Part shown: positions 25,651-37,239 of the stretch, in pieces
Position numbering within the stretch: the stretch's first letter is position 1
How the letters are laid out: the number at the start of each line of letters is the position of its first letter
NCBI RefSeq assembly: GCF_001194135.2
Contig: NC_068989.1
Coordinates: 36,571,023-36,635,022 of the forward strand
DNA from: Octopus bimaculoides
Taxonomy: Eukaryota
Direction: 5' to 3'
Length of the DNA: 64,000 nucleotides
Position numbers and translations under genes: made by a program
Notes under the pieces: generated by a model
What the model saw: the letters and a program-made list of their open reading frames with translations, nothing else
Database searches by the model: none
Told to the model about the DNA's origin: nothing

Positions 25651-27069
25651 TTCCTAACAGTTTACCAAGTATGTTGTGAATATAAATTTTTATTCATTGA
25701 AATCAAAAATATTTTCAATGTTTAATGTCAGGTTTTATAATTTTATATAGGTTTTTTTTAAAAATGTAGTTTGTTTAGAATATTTTTCGTATTGGATGTT
25801 CACAACTAACGAAATACTTATATCACAAACTCATTACTTGGTCATACTCTTCTCTGGATTCCGAATTTTAAACACCAATTTCTTGACTGATAGTTTGGAC
25901 AATTCACTAAACCAAACACACATTAATAAGGTACCTTATAGTGACCTTCATCCCCCATGTCATCGAGGGAGTCACTTCGAGGTAACATGACCTGCTCGAA
26001 AAAGTAGCCAAATCGTATCCTACCCTCTTGAAAAAAAGCAAAGTCACATTGGATGATAAAAAGACGGATGGTTGCAAACTCCCTTCATCATTGTTTGCTT
26101 AAGCAAATTTAACTCAGACAATAATCGATCTTCTATTAAATCGGAATTTAATGTGGAAGAAATTCACTAAATCACTAAACTTGTAGATTCTTTATTTTCC
26201 TCTACACCTGTGTGACTCTCTCTCCAGACAGTTCATCATTCTGTTGAGTAACTTGCCCAGAGAGTGTAACTCTTACACATCAGATATCCTGATTGAGTGA
26301 TGCTGTATGAACATCTGGCTTGGTTTTTAGTCTCATTGGTCTTCTTTTACTTGGTGAAATATCACATCTGTGCATCCTGTGACTACAGATGATTGCAGTA
26401 GTTTTGCTAACTGAATTGTTTGACCCCGACCATTGACAGTTTGTTGTCTGTTCATTCTCTTAGCAGCTTGATATTTGTCATTAATTCAATAAGTTCATTT
26501 GCTGAAATAGTTCATATCTATCATGCTGCATCCCACGGTTTCAATATAACCCTGGTTTGGATAGTTGCATGCTATTTAACCCAAGGCTGGGTCCCTGACA
26601 AGTGCTGTTACTCCAGGTCAGAGTATACCTGGGAACAATAGTGACTGAGAGGTTCCACACTCCTCAAAATCTTTGAATTCCCAAACCTGGGTATGACCAC
26701 AGATTCGTTGATGCTTGCAATTTGTCCCTTGTGCTGAAAATGGTTCCCCACCCCTGCTTTGTATATTACTGGATTTTGGTGTCAAATGAAATTAACATGG
26801 ACTAATAACTCCTAATGGGCTACATGGTTCAGTACTAATGAACTTTTTGTTTTTCTTTTTTTTCTGTGATAAAATTGTAAAAAGTTTGCTTAGGCTTAGG
26901 TGTTTGGTTAAGAAGTTTTTACTTTGAGCAAGTGTTTTCTGGTATTTCCCTTGGTGAACCAAAGCCTGGTAAGTGGATTTGCAGATGGAAACTGACAAAA
27001 GCTATTGCGTGCGTGTTAGTATATATCACACCCATGCCAGCATGGAAGGCGGACGTTAAATGATGATAT

Positions 27070-28320
27070 AGGGTGCAGTGAATAAATTGTCAGCTAAATT
27101 ATGCAAAAATGAAAACACTGACATCTAATTTTAACAGATATATTTACCAAAATTACATAAAAATATCTTGAAATACTAAAGAGTAAATTTATTCAATAAA
27201 ATCGCCATTGGCTTCGACCGTGGCCTTCAGACGACTTCGGAATCTCTTGAAACTCTTCTGGACGGTCTCCTTGTTTAAGTTGGTGAATGCTGCCATAATT
27301 CTTGCCTTCAATTCATCTTTGGTGTTACAAGGAATTTTGTTGGTCTCTTGCCCAACTGCACCCCACACAATAATCAAGGGGGGTTGCAGTCTGGGGAGTT
27401 AGGTGACCAGATGTTAGGGGTGATGTGGTCACAGAAATTGTCTGACAGCCATGTCTGGGTTCTCTTGCTTATGTAGCATGATGCAGAGTCCTGTTGCCAG
27501 GCGTAAGGTCTTCCAGTAGTCACCTTCTTGACCCAGGACAGCGCTACCTCCACCAGGCACTTGATGTAGGCTTCTGTGTTGAGTGTGAGGCCATGTGGGA
27601 AGATGAATGAAGGCATAACGTCGCCATCATGAGTGATCACTCTAAGCACAATGATGTTGACTGGACGTTTGATTTTTATCACTCTTGGGACATGTTTTGG
27701 GGACATGGCAAGCCAACGGTTGTTCTGTGTTCCCCATCTGATCCTGGCAGAAATTTCTCTCATCTGAGAAAAACCTAAGCATGTTCACTTGGAAGGGATG
27801 CTTAAGTTAGTTCCAAAGCTTTGTAGCGCAGTCTTTCCTCTTGTCCTTGATGGCTTGTGATAAAAATTGGCCCTTTATCATCTTGAATGAGGATTACCGA
27901 ATGTCTTCACGCACTCCTGCCTTATAAGAAACTCATACACTCCCATGTCCCTGGTGATGGACCTGATTGACTTGGAGGGTCATTGTCAATCATTACCTGG
28001 ATCTCACCGACAAATTCAGGAGTTCTTTTCTTATCAGACCGACTGATCAAAATGAGTTTTCCAAGCTGCCGTACATTCGTAATCACTAATTAGACTCATC
28101 CAACTCTTTCCAAATCCTCTGCATTGTTCTCAGATTGATACCCTAACACTCTGAAATGTTCATATTGGAGCTTCTGGTGTGAATGTCAAGCAGTACAGCA
28201 TGTCGTTCCCAAATTTCTGGTAGAGTGAATTGCGTCATGGTGGTGTTTTTCTCACAGACGGTACCCAACTGACCCTACTATACTGTGTAGTTGACAAAAT
28301 CGAAAATGTGCATGTGCGAA
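27070..28320 (-). mobile_element. Tc1/mariner-superfamily transposon, maT (DD37D) type; degenerate transposase at ~28238-27189
   Basis: The segment QQDSA...WSPNSPDCNP.DY has 37 residues between the second and third catalytic Asp. The C-terminus reads ELKARI...FRSRLKATVEANGDFIE*. There are frameshifts, and only one TIR-like end (GGGTGCAGTGAATAAATTGTC at ~27071) is visible. Confidence 0.88.
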
Positions 28321-28325
28321 ATTAA

Positions 28326-28361
<36 letters not shown>

Positions 28362-31200
28362 CTGTTCTGTGATGGTAAGATCAACAAAAAAAATACTCCA
28401 TCTGGTGAGAGATAAATATTATTTCATAGACACAATACATGTTTTTATGTTAATAGTTTTGTATGTTGAGAAATACCTCAAACATATAATCATCAGGCAC
28501 AAACCATATATAATGAAAGGCAATCAATTGGTGGCAGCTGAAACCATCTCCAAATGAGGAAGGGAGATAATCACATGAATCAAGAGTTCTCCAAAATTGA
28601 TATACCATTAAGAAAAACACAGTCTGATTGAAGACGAAGACTGCTGTTGACACATGCATATTACAGAAACTGAGTTTATGATATGTGGTTTGTGCCTGAT
28701 GAATATGTTTGACATGTGTCTCAATTTACGAAACTATTAGTAGCACATAAAAACATGTATTGTGTCTATTAGATAATATGTGTGTGTGTATATATATATA
28801 TACACTGAAACAACTGTCTGTGTTTACTTTTTATGCCTATGCCACATCAAGGACCTACTCCTGAGTCGGATCTATGGTTCAAATTGGATTTGGTACTTGC
28901 CTATCTGCGATATCCTACTAACATTTGATGTATCCAAAGTTATTTCACTGTGAGCTCTGTGTTATTGTACCGAGCCATTTCTGGCATCCTATGGAGTTGA
29001 TATGCCTTGATTTTTATGAAATGGCTTGGTATGATAACAGAGCTTACAATGAATTAAACAACTTTGGATACATCGAGTGTTAGTAGGATACCGTAGTACC
29101 AAATCCAATTTTAACGATAGATCTAACTCAGTGGATAGGCTCTTGGTGTGACGTAGATATGAAAAGTAAATGCTGGCAGCTGTTTTGTTAGAATTTCATT
29201 TATTTGATGCAATCATAGAAGATTACATCATAATATACAAACCACCCTCATCAGGTAAAATTTTAAGCAGGTAAGATTTTAACATTGTCCTGGACATAAC
29301 CAACACAAGTCACTAGTCCAGCTAATGTTAGCTATGTCTAGGTTAATGTTTAAAATTTTACCTGATGGTGGTGGATTATATATTATTATGTAATCTATGA
29401 CTGCATTAAATAAGTAAATTTCTACCAAAACAGCTGTTGTAAATTTTAAATGCCAATTGTGTTATAGATATATATTTGTGTATGTGCATGAGTATGTATG
29501 CACATTTGTGTCTCCTTGTCATATCACTTGTCATGATAGTTGTAAATAAGTGTCACTGTCATATGAGCAGTGTCATTCATTTCCAATATTCTGTGAAAAA
29601 ACTTGTCTGGTCATGGGAAAATATTACATTATTTGAAAACAGGTGAGGGTTGGCAACAAGGACATCTGGCTATACAAAATCTGCTTTAATAAACTATGTC
29701 TGGCCCATACAATTATGGAAAGGTGGATGATGATAAACAAAAATGAGCTAAGATAGATAACTCAGAGTGGCCAGTGGCATTATTTGAACAACAAAACTCT
29801 CCTCTTGCAGAGAAAGTAAAGCAGTAAAAATTGGTGGCAGCTAGAACCCGCTCCAACTGAGGAAGGGAGATAATCACATGACTCTAGTGTTTGCCAAAAT
29901 TGATATACCGTTAAGAAAAACAGTTTTATTGAAGACAAGAGGACTGCTGCAGACACATGCAAGTGATTAGAGTTGCAGAAACCTAGTCTTTGAGCTGCAA
30001 ATAAGTGCAGGCATGACTGTGTGGTTAGGAAGCTTGCTTTGCAGCTATCTGATTTCAGGTTCAGTCCCACTGTGTGGCACCTTGGACAAGTGTCTTCTAT
30101 AGCCCTAGGTCAACCAATCCTTTATGAGTGAATTTAGTAGATGAACACTGTGTTGAAGCTCTTGATGTGTGTATATATGTGTGTGTGTGCTTGACCCTTC
30201 ACATCTCTTGACAACTGGTTTTGGTTTGTTTATGTCCACATAACTTCATAGTTTGCTGAAAGAAAACAGTTGAATGAATACCAGAATTAAAAAATAAATA
30301 CTGGGGTCAGTTTGTTCAGCGAAATTCTTCAAGGCAGTGCCCCAGCATGACCACATTCCAATGACTGAAACGTATTACAGCTAAAAAAATGTATGAAATC
30401 ATCAGGGTTTGTGAGTCTAGGAGTTTGATGTGACTTGGAAGAATTAGTGTCACACGTTTAGATCAGGTCTTTGAATAACTTGGTAATTCTAGTTTCAGAC
30501 GTCCTTCCAATTAAGTCATTAAAATAAACTTGTTTAATGGGTCCTGGCTGTTGTCACAAACACTTGGAAATAATTGTGTTCTCAGAATTGCATTGCCCGA
30601 GTTTTCATTCTTCATCAGAATTACATTCTTTCTTTATTCTTTTACTTGTTTCAGTCATTTCACTGCAGCCATGCTGGAGCACCGCCTTTAGTCGAGCAAA
30701 TTGACCCCCGAACCGCTAAGTTATGGGGACAAACACACCAGCATTGGTTGTCAAGCGATGTTGGGGGGGACAAACACATACATATATACGATGGGCTTCT
30801 TTCAGTTTCCGTCTGCCAAATCCACTCACAAGGCTTTGTTTGGCCCGAGGCTATAGTAGAAGACACTTGCCCAAGGTGCCATGCAGTGGGACTGAACCCG
30901 GAACCATGTGGTTGGTAAGCAAGCTACTTACCACACAGCCACCCCTGTAAATCTCTTGTTATAAAGACAGGTTTCCATGTTGCTTGTCTCAACTTCCTAC
31001 TCTCTGTTCTCAGGGACACTAGATATAATCCTTCCTCAGCAAAATCTCAAGCAGTCTTATTTAAAAAGAAACTTTTGAAGTTCAAATATTCATTTCACAG
31101 GTTTATCGTTATATCTCTTGTGATCATGACTTAATGAGTTTTGTGAGAGATATAGAGAATTGAGAATTTTTTTTTTTTTATATATAATAATAATTGAGAT

Positions 31201-31649
31201 CAGTGGTTCGCAACCATGTTTTGCTTCTGGGCCACTTTGATTCCTCTTTTACTCAAATGGACCACCATAGCCATTTGAAGTTTCAAATATCCTATTATAG
31301 TTTTAGAATTAAATATTAGGAATTGTATGAAAAATATTTGGTGTATTCATCATCATCATTTAACGTCCATTTTTCCATGCTGGCATGGGTTGGATAGTTT
31401 GACAGGAGCTGAACAGTTGAAGGATTATTCAGACTGTTTTGGCATGGTTTCTACTTCTGGATGCCCTTCCTAATGCCAACCAGTTTACGGAGTGTACTAG
31501 GTGCTTTTATGCAGCACTGGCACAAGTACTTTTTATGTGGCACCAGCACCTACTGTGGAAGTATAACCAATTTATTGAATATAAAGTGTAACAACAAAAT
31601 CTTATGTGTACCTCCAAGAGCCATATGGACACCGCATTGAGAACCACAG
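31201..31649. mobile_element. hAT-type MITE interrupted by an RTE-tail repeat (~31348-31550)
   Basis: TIRs CAGTGGTTCGCAA / TTGAGAACCACAG. The flanking 8-mers ATTGAGAT and ATTTAGAT match at 7 of 8 positions, consistent with a hAT TSD. Confidence 0.75.
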
Positions 31650-33319
31650 ATTTAGATGGAGATAAGTTGTTGTAGGTACTATTTGAAAATAGAGCTCAGT
31701 TTTCATTGCATGCTTTTCAGTGACTCTCTTATTTTAGTTCTTTGGAGAAGAAGGGGATCATTTAGAATTCTGTAAAAAAAAAGAAATCTGAATCTCAATA
31801 GATAAAAGAAGGTATTTATATGGTTTTACTAGCTTAAAAGCCACTCGATAGGGCGGCTTTTAAGCTAGCTCTTGTGGAAGGCTCTTCATTAGGCCTTGAG
31901 CCCAACAACGACATTTCATGCATTGAGTACATATTACACTTTATTAAACTTGAACAACATTTTTCAAGCTATGTGCAATCTTCATCAAAACAATGATATA
32001 TTTTATCAACTTGGAATTATTGCAAAACTGCATGATGAACAACAGTACCACCACCAATGCCACTACATCTGCCATACACACACCATTCAGATGCCACCAC
32101 CATCAATATCTTTGACTTCGCTGCCTTCCCCTCCATCACCACTGTCTTTCACATTGCTTACTCTCACTTCGTCACTCACTGCCTCTATCACAACTACAGC
32201 TCACACTGTTACTATCACCCCATTACCATCACAAAAAGGCTAAATGTGTGTGTTCGTTCAGTATGTTACTTGAACATTTTAGTTCAGTGGTCAGTCCCTC
32301 TTTTGCTCACATACACACTCTTTCCCTCTCTTATTATTACTCCCACTGCCACCATCAACACTACCACTTTTAATAAAACATCATCAACTCTCCTTAAATT
32401 TGTCTATTTCTTCTCTCTCTGTCTTCGCCACCACCCTCACCGTCTCTATGCTTACTATTATTCTCACCCCAATATGAGCAATAGTAGGAGTGTCAATGAC
32501 TAGTGGGGTGGGGGCAAAGTGTGACACACTGACACACAGAAATTAGTTTTCGCATTTATTATATTAGATGGTATTATATGACAACAGTCATCATCAGTCT
32601 TTTAATGTCCAGTTTTCCATGCTTGTGTGGGTTGGCTGGAATTTGAGGCATAAATTCTTTGGCTAGGTGCATTTCCTGTCACCAACCCTTGCTGATTTCA
32701 AAGCAAGGTAATATTTCCCCATGGCCACACATTTTCTTGCTGAATGTTGAAAATTACTGATACGGTTTGTATAATAGTAACTTCCATTTGTAACTATCAT
32801 GCAATGTCAAGACTAGAAGACACAAGCATGCATACTTACACTCATATGATGAGCTTCTTTCAGTTTCTGTATATCAAATCTATCCACATGGCTTTGGTTG
32901 GCCCATGGTTGTTGTAGCGGACACTTTCCAAAGTGCCGTATGGTGGCACTCAGCTCCAAACCATGTAGTTGGGAAGTAAACTTAACAACCACACCACCAT
33001 ATCTGTATCATTATTGTTATTTAGGTGGTGAGCTAGCAGAATTGTTAGCACACTGGGTAAGATGAATAGTGGCATTTTGTCTGTCTTTATGTTCTGAGTT
33101 CAAATTTTGCTAAGGTTGACTTTGCCTTTCATCCTTTCAGGGTTGATGAATTAAGTACCCCCCTCCCCCAATTTTCAGTCTTTGTGCCTTTAGTAGAAAC
33201 GATTAATATTATTGTATTAGTGACTCAACAATACTATGTGTATATTATAAACATCTTTTGTGTATATTACTATAATATTTCTATCTTTTTTAGGTTCTGA
33301 AACTAACAGAGTTTCTAAC

Positions 33320-33374
33320 ATGACACCTGCTTTAACAAGAATATGCCATGCCTTTAGAAACCTTATGGTTTCAG
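33320..33374 (+). CDS. AURKAIP1: AURKAIP1/mS38 first coding exon
   Basis: Acceptor TTTTTAG ends at 33293. ATG at 33320 gives MTPALTRICHAFRNLMVS+G, followed by donor GTAGGT at 33375. Splices in frame to 33548. The Arg/Ser/Thr-containing, acid-free N-terminus is compatible with a mitochondrial presequence (inference). Confidence 0.8.
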
Positions 33375-33547
33375 GTAGGTCTTCTGATTTTAATTGGCAT
33401 CTTGCAATTCAGATTCTTTTCTAACTAGTAAAATTTTGATTGAAATACATACAGTAGATATTTCACCAACATGTTGTTAGAACTAGGTTGTGGTTTTTGT
33501 CTTTTAAAGCCAGTAATTTATCATATATATTTTTCTTATTTTAATAG

Positions 33548-34167
33548 GCATTAGTAAAAGTGAATGGAAGAAGTGTTTACCTGGTCATATGAAATTGTAT
33601 GATGTATCACACACCAGTCATACATATAGCAGCATGCCAAAGCATTCAACAGACAACTTATTAAATGGTTATGCAGTGTTGTCTACTTTACCTCACTCAG
33701 GAATTTCTTTAAATTTCACGAGACACAACCTTCGCCCTGCCTTGCCTACAGGTTCAGTGATTGACCCTCTTATTTCACCACTTCCTTTTTACGACTGTCC
33801 TGTGAAATCCAATAAAGACGTGTTCCAACTTCCATTTCATTCCCCGACTATTATCAGCAAAGAAGATCCTTTATCTTTTCTTAATGAGTGGATTATTGAG
33901 TCCCCTTTGGCAATACAAGCCAAAAATATATTGAAAATTAGACGTAGAAAAATGAACAGACATCGACTGAAAAAGCTGCGTAAAAGAATGCGATTTGTAC
34001 GGCGCAAGGAGTTGCATAAACGTCGAAAGAAAAAGGAAAAGCTTTTTCAAGCGAAACTTCAAGCTAAAATACAAACTGGAATAGACTTTGATGCCGAAGA
34101 ATTTGTACAAGATAAATTGGCCCTTGCTCGGAAGGGAGGTTATAAAATTGATATATTTGGTCGGTGA
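33548..34167 (+). CDS. AURKAIP1: AURKAIP1 / mitochondrial ribosomal protein mS38 (COX24-like basic C-terminal domain), main exon; full protein ~224 aa
   Basis: Acceptor TTAATAG at 33547, in frame with the 192-aa ORF. AKNILKIRRRKMNRHRLKKLRKRMRFVRRK matches the mS38 signature KN.LKIRRRKMN.H...KL.K..RF.RRK. Confidence 0.93.
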
Positions 34168-34201
34168 AACTTATTTCTGAAATTAGTTTGCTCGTATGTT
34201 T

Positions 34202-34207
34202 AATAAA
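34202..34207 (+). promoter_or_regulatory. Polyadenylation signal of AURKAIP1
   Basis: AATAAA about 35 nt after the TGA, followed by T-rich sequence. Confidence 0.55.
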
Positions 34208-35196
34208 GCTTGTCATGAAAACTTATTCAAAAGTTTTACTTTTTGGTTGTCTTTTCAGAGAGATAAATGTCTTTATTTTATATCTTGTGTCTTAATTAAT
34301 TTAAATATTGGTTTTTGATTTAGGGACAAGGCTAGCAATTTTTAAGAGAGTTGGGTTAGTTGATTACATCAACCCCAGTACTTTGGCAGGATCAGAACTC
34401 AATATAAATACTGCAAGTCATTTTATCAAAACATACTAACAGTTTTGCTAATCCATTGAAATATCAAATTGTTGTGTACATCTAACTGGAAAATTTGGTA
34501 GTTGGCCTGACAAACTTGAACAGTTTAAACCATTTCTTAGCCTTTGGGTGCTTTTAGTGGCATTCACTCCATTGCAAGTACTCACAATAAGTTTCCTCTA
34601 AGAGGATTATCATGTCTTGCACCAATTCTCACTCCATTATGTATTTTGCGAATGTCTGTTAGAGGGGACAGATGGCAGTTGTCTTGCAATATAACCTGCT
34701 GTCCAATATGGTAGGATCTTTGCTCTGTGGATAACCTTAAGAGAAGCTGTCCAAGTGCACACTTCTGTAGCTTGCTTTTCGCTAGTTTATGATTGGTATT
34801 CCTGCAAGGACAGAATTTCAAGAAGTTCATGTGTAGTCAATGACATCCAGCTGGGCTACATACCAGGATTGAAGTAGTGGTTAGTGACAACTCGTGAATT
34901 ATTTCCTTATAACAAAACCTATTGATGACAAAAATACAAAATAATGTGAAATTCACTGAACAAATCTCTCTCTTTTTTTATGAGACATTCATAAACATCA
35001 ACCTGAATCTTCTCAAACCCATAACTCCTAAATGGTCCACACACAGCTCTACTGCTGCAGTATAAAGAAACCGGTGCACAAAACCTGGAAACAAAGTTAC
35101 CCATCCGCACCAACTAGGTGGCTTTTATCCATCACTTCATTTCTTGCAAGACTACCATCTGAAATGTCTAAGTGTCTTAGACAGCCTGCAATCTTA

Positions 35197-35244
<48 letters not shown>

Positions 35245-35464
35245 GTGCAAAACAACCTCCAGTTGCTTCTAATCAACAAGACCATTGGTCTTGACAATAT
35301 CCTTCCTTCAATGCACTAAGCAAGTCCCTATCTTGTCAAACTTCAACCTTACTCTACAGAAATCTATCCTGTTCACACAATGTTACTCCATTTATTAACT
35401 AATGGAGTAAACTTACACTTTGAACCTACTACATGAAAGAATTAAATTAAAATTGCTATATTAA

Positions 35465-35631
35465 CCCTTATTTCTGTTGAGATAGACCAACTTCATTCAA
35501 TAATGAATTTAGTAAAATAATTTTCATATTATTAAGCTGGTGTCTGAAACCAATTAACATGAAAAACACTGAAAAAGAAGTTTGCCTCATAGAAGCGAGG
35601 TGCGGTCTTAGGTGGGTTGGTATCAAAAGGG
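35465..35631. mobile_element. piggyBac-type MITE (family 2), reverse orientation
   Basis: TTAA at 35461-35464 and 35632-35635, with CCCTT...ATCAAAAGGG termini. Confidence 0.75.
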
Positions 35632-36299
35632 TTAATGGACTAAGAGAGTAAAATTTAAGATTACTCCATTAACACACTGATGGAATAAAATTAAAAATTA
35701 CTTCATGTAGCTGTGTGATAAGAAGCTTGCTTTCCAACCACATGGTTCCAGGTTCAGTCCCACTGCATGGCACCTTGGGCAGGTGACTTCTACTATAACC
35801 TCAGGTTGACTGAAACCTTGTAAGTGGATTTATTAAGCGGAAACTGAAACCTGTTGTATATAACAGGTTTCAGTTTCCGCCTAATAAATGTGTGTGTGCC
35901 TCTGTTTGTCCCCCACCCATCACTGCTTGACAACTGGTGGTGGTGTGTTTACATCCCCATAACTTAGTGTTTCAGCAAAAGAGACTGATAGAATAAGTAC
36001 TAGGCTTTGGGGTGTTTTATTCGACTAAAACCCTCCAAGGCAGTGCTCCAGCATGGCTACAGTCAAATACCTGAACAAAAAAGAATACTAATAGAATAAA
36101 ATTTTAAAATCACTCTGTTATCATGGTAATGGAGTTAACTTTAAAATTACTCCATTATCAGACTAATGGAGTAAACTTTAGATGACCAAACCTCACTTAA
36201 AATTACATCCTTCAAAATGAACAACACAGCACAGTGTTGTCTTAGATATATTATGTCTGTAAAACAAAGGGATGGTCCTGGCAGGAATGCCATTCTATG

Positions 36300-37200
36300 A
36301 TACGTCTGGTTGGTTAAAGCTGACCTAAGTCTAAGTAACAATTTAAACCCTTTTGATGAAGTTGACCATGGTATGATATGTCAAAAGCTATGTAATCTCA
36401 GCATAGTCAGAAAACTTGTAGAGTGGCTACATGACTCTAAAAGAGAGAAATCAAGTAGTTGTCAGCTGGGCTACCTCCAAAGAAATGCAAATAATGACTG
36501 GTGTTCCATAGGGTGCTGTCTTGTGTAGGCCTCTCAGACATGCCCTCAGCTGCTTAGCTCTGTATTGCGCAAATGCAATAGGTATTGGATGCAATACAGA
36601 GATCGGCTGAGAACAGTAACATGCTGTTTAATGCTGGAAAATTCCAAGCCCTGCGTTACCAACACATGAAGCTGAATAAAAAGCAGACAGGATACACTGG
36701 GCCAGGAGGGACTGCAATCCTTGAATCAAAATTGGTGTGTGACCTGGAAATTGATATGAATAATGATGCATATTACTAAGTTGGCAATAATGCAGATGGT
36801 TGGTTGGGTGGATACTTTCAGAATGAGAGAACGGGAAACCATGATAGTCCTCTGGAGGACATTTGTCCTCAGCTGTTTAGACTATTGCTTCCAACTGTGG
36901 TCACTACACAGTGTAAAATTAACGATGGAGCTCGAAGCAATCCAGTGAAGCTACTCAAAGGTCATCTCAGTATGACATGTCAGCTACTGGGAGAGACTGA
37001 AAAAATTGAGTCTACTCCCCAGAACAAAGATAGGAAAGATATACAGTGACAGACATCTGGAGAATCCTAGAACTTGTACTAAACTTTGGCATTGAAAGTT
37101 ACATGAAGAGCAGAATGGGGTGCCAAAAATCTCAACATTGCCATCAGGACCAGATACTGCAACAGCTTAGATTTGAGGGGCCCACAGCTCTTCAAAATCC
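36300..37200 (+). mobile_element. CR1/L2-type LINE, degenerate RT fragment
   Basis: FDEVDHGMICQKL, NNMLFNAGKFQALRY, V.DLEIDM, LWRTFVLS.LDYCFQLWS and ELEAIQ, with frameshifts. Confidence 0.85.
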
Positions 37201-37239
37201 TATCAAAAATGCTTGAGAGATCTATATGGAATGGACAGG

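Noticed and set aside
35381-36180. Palindromic 37-bp units with variable cores as a CRISPR-like array
   Set aside because: The context is eukaryotic, the units are contiguous with only 6 variable nt rather than 25-45 nt spacers, and there are no cas genes.
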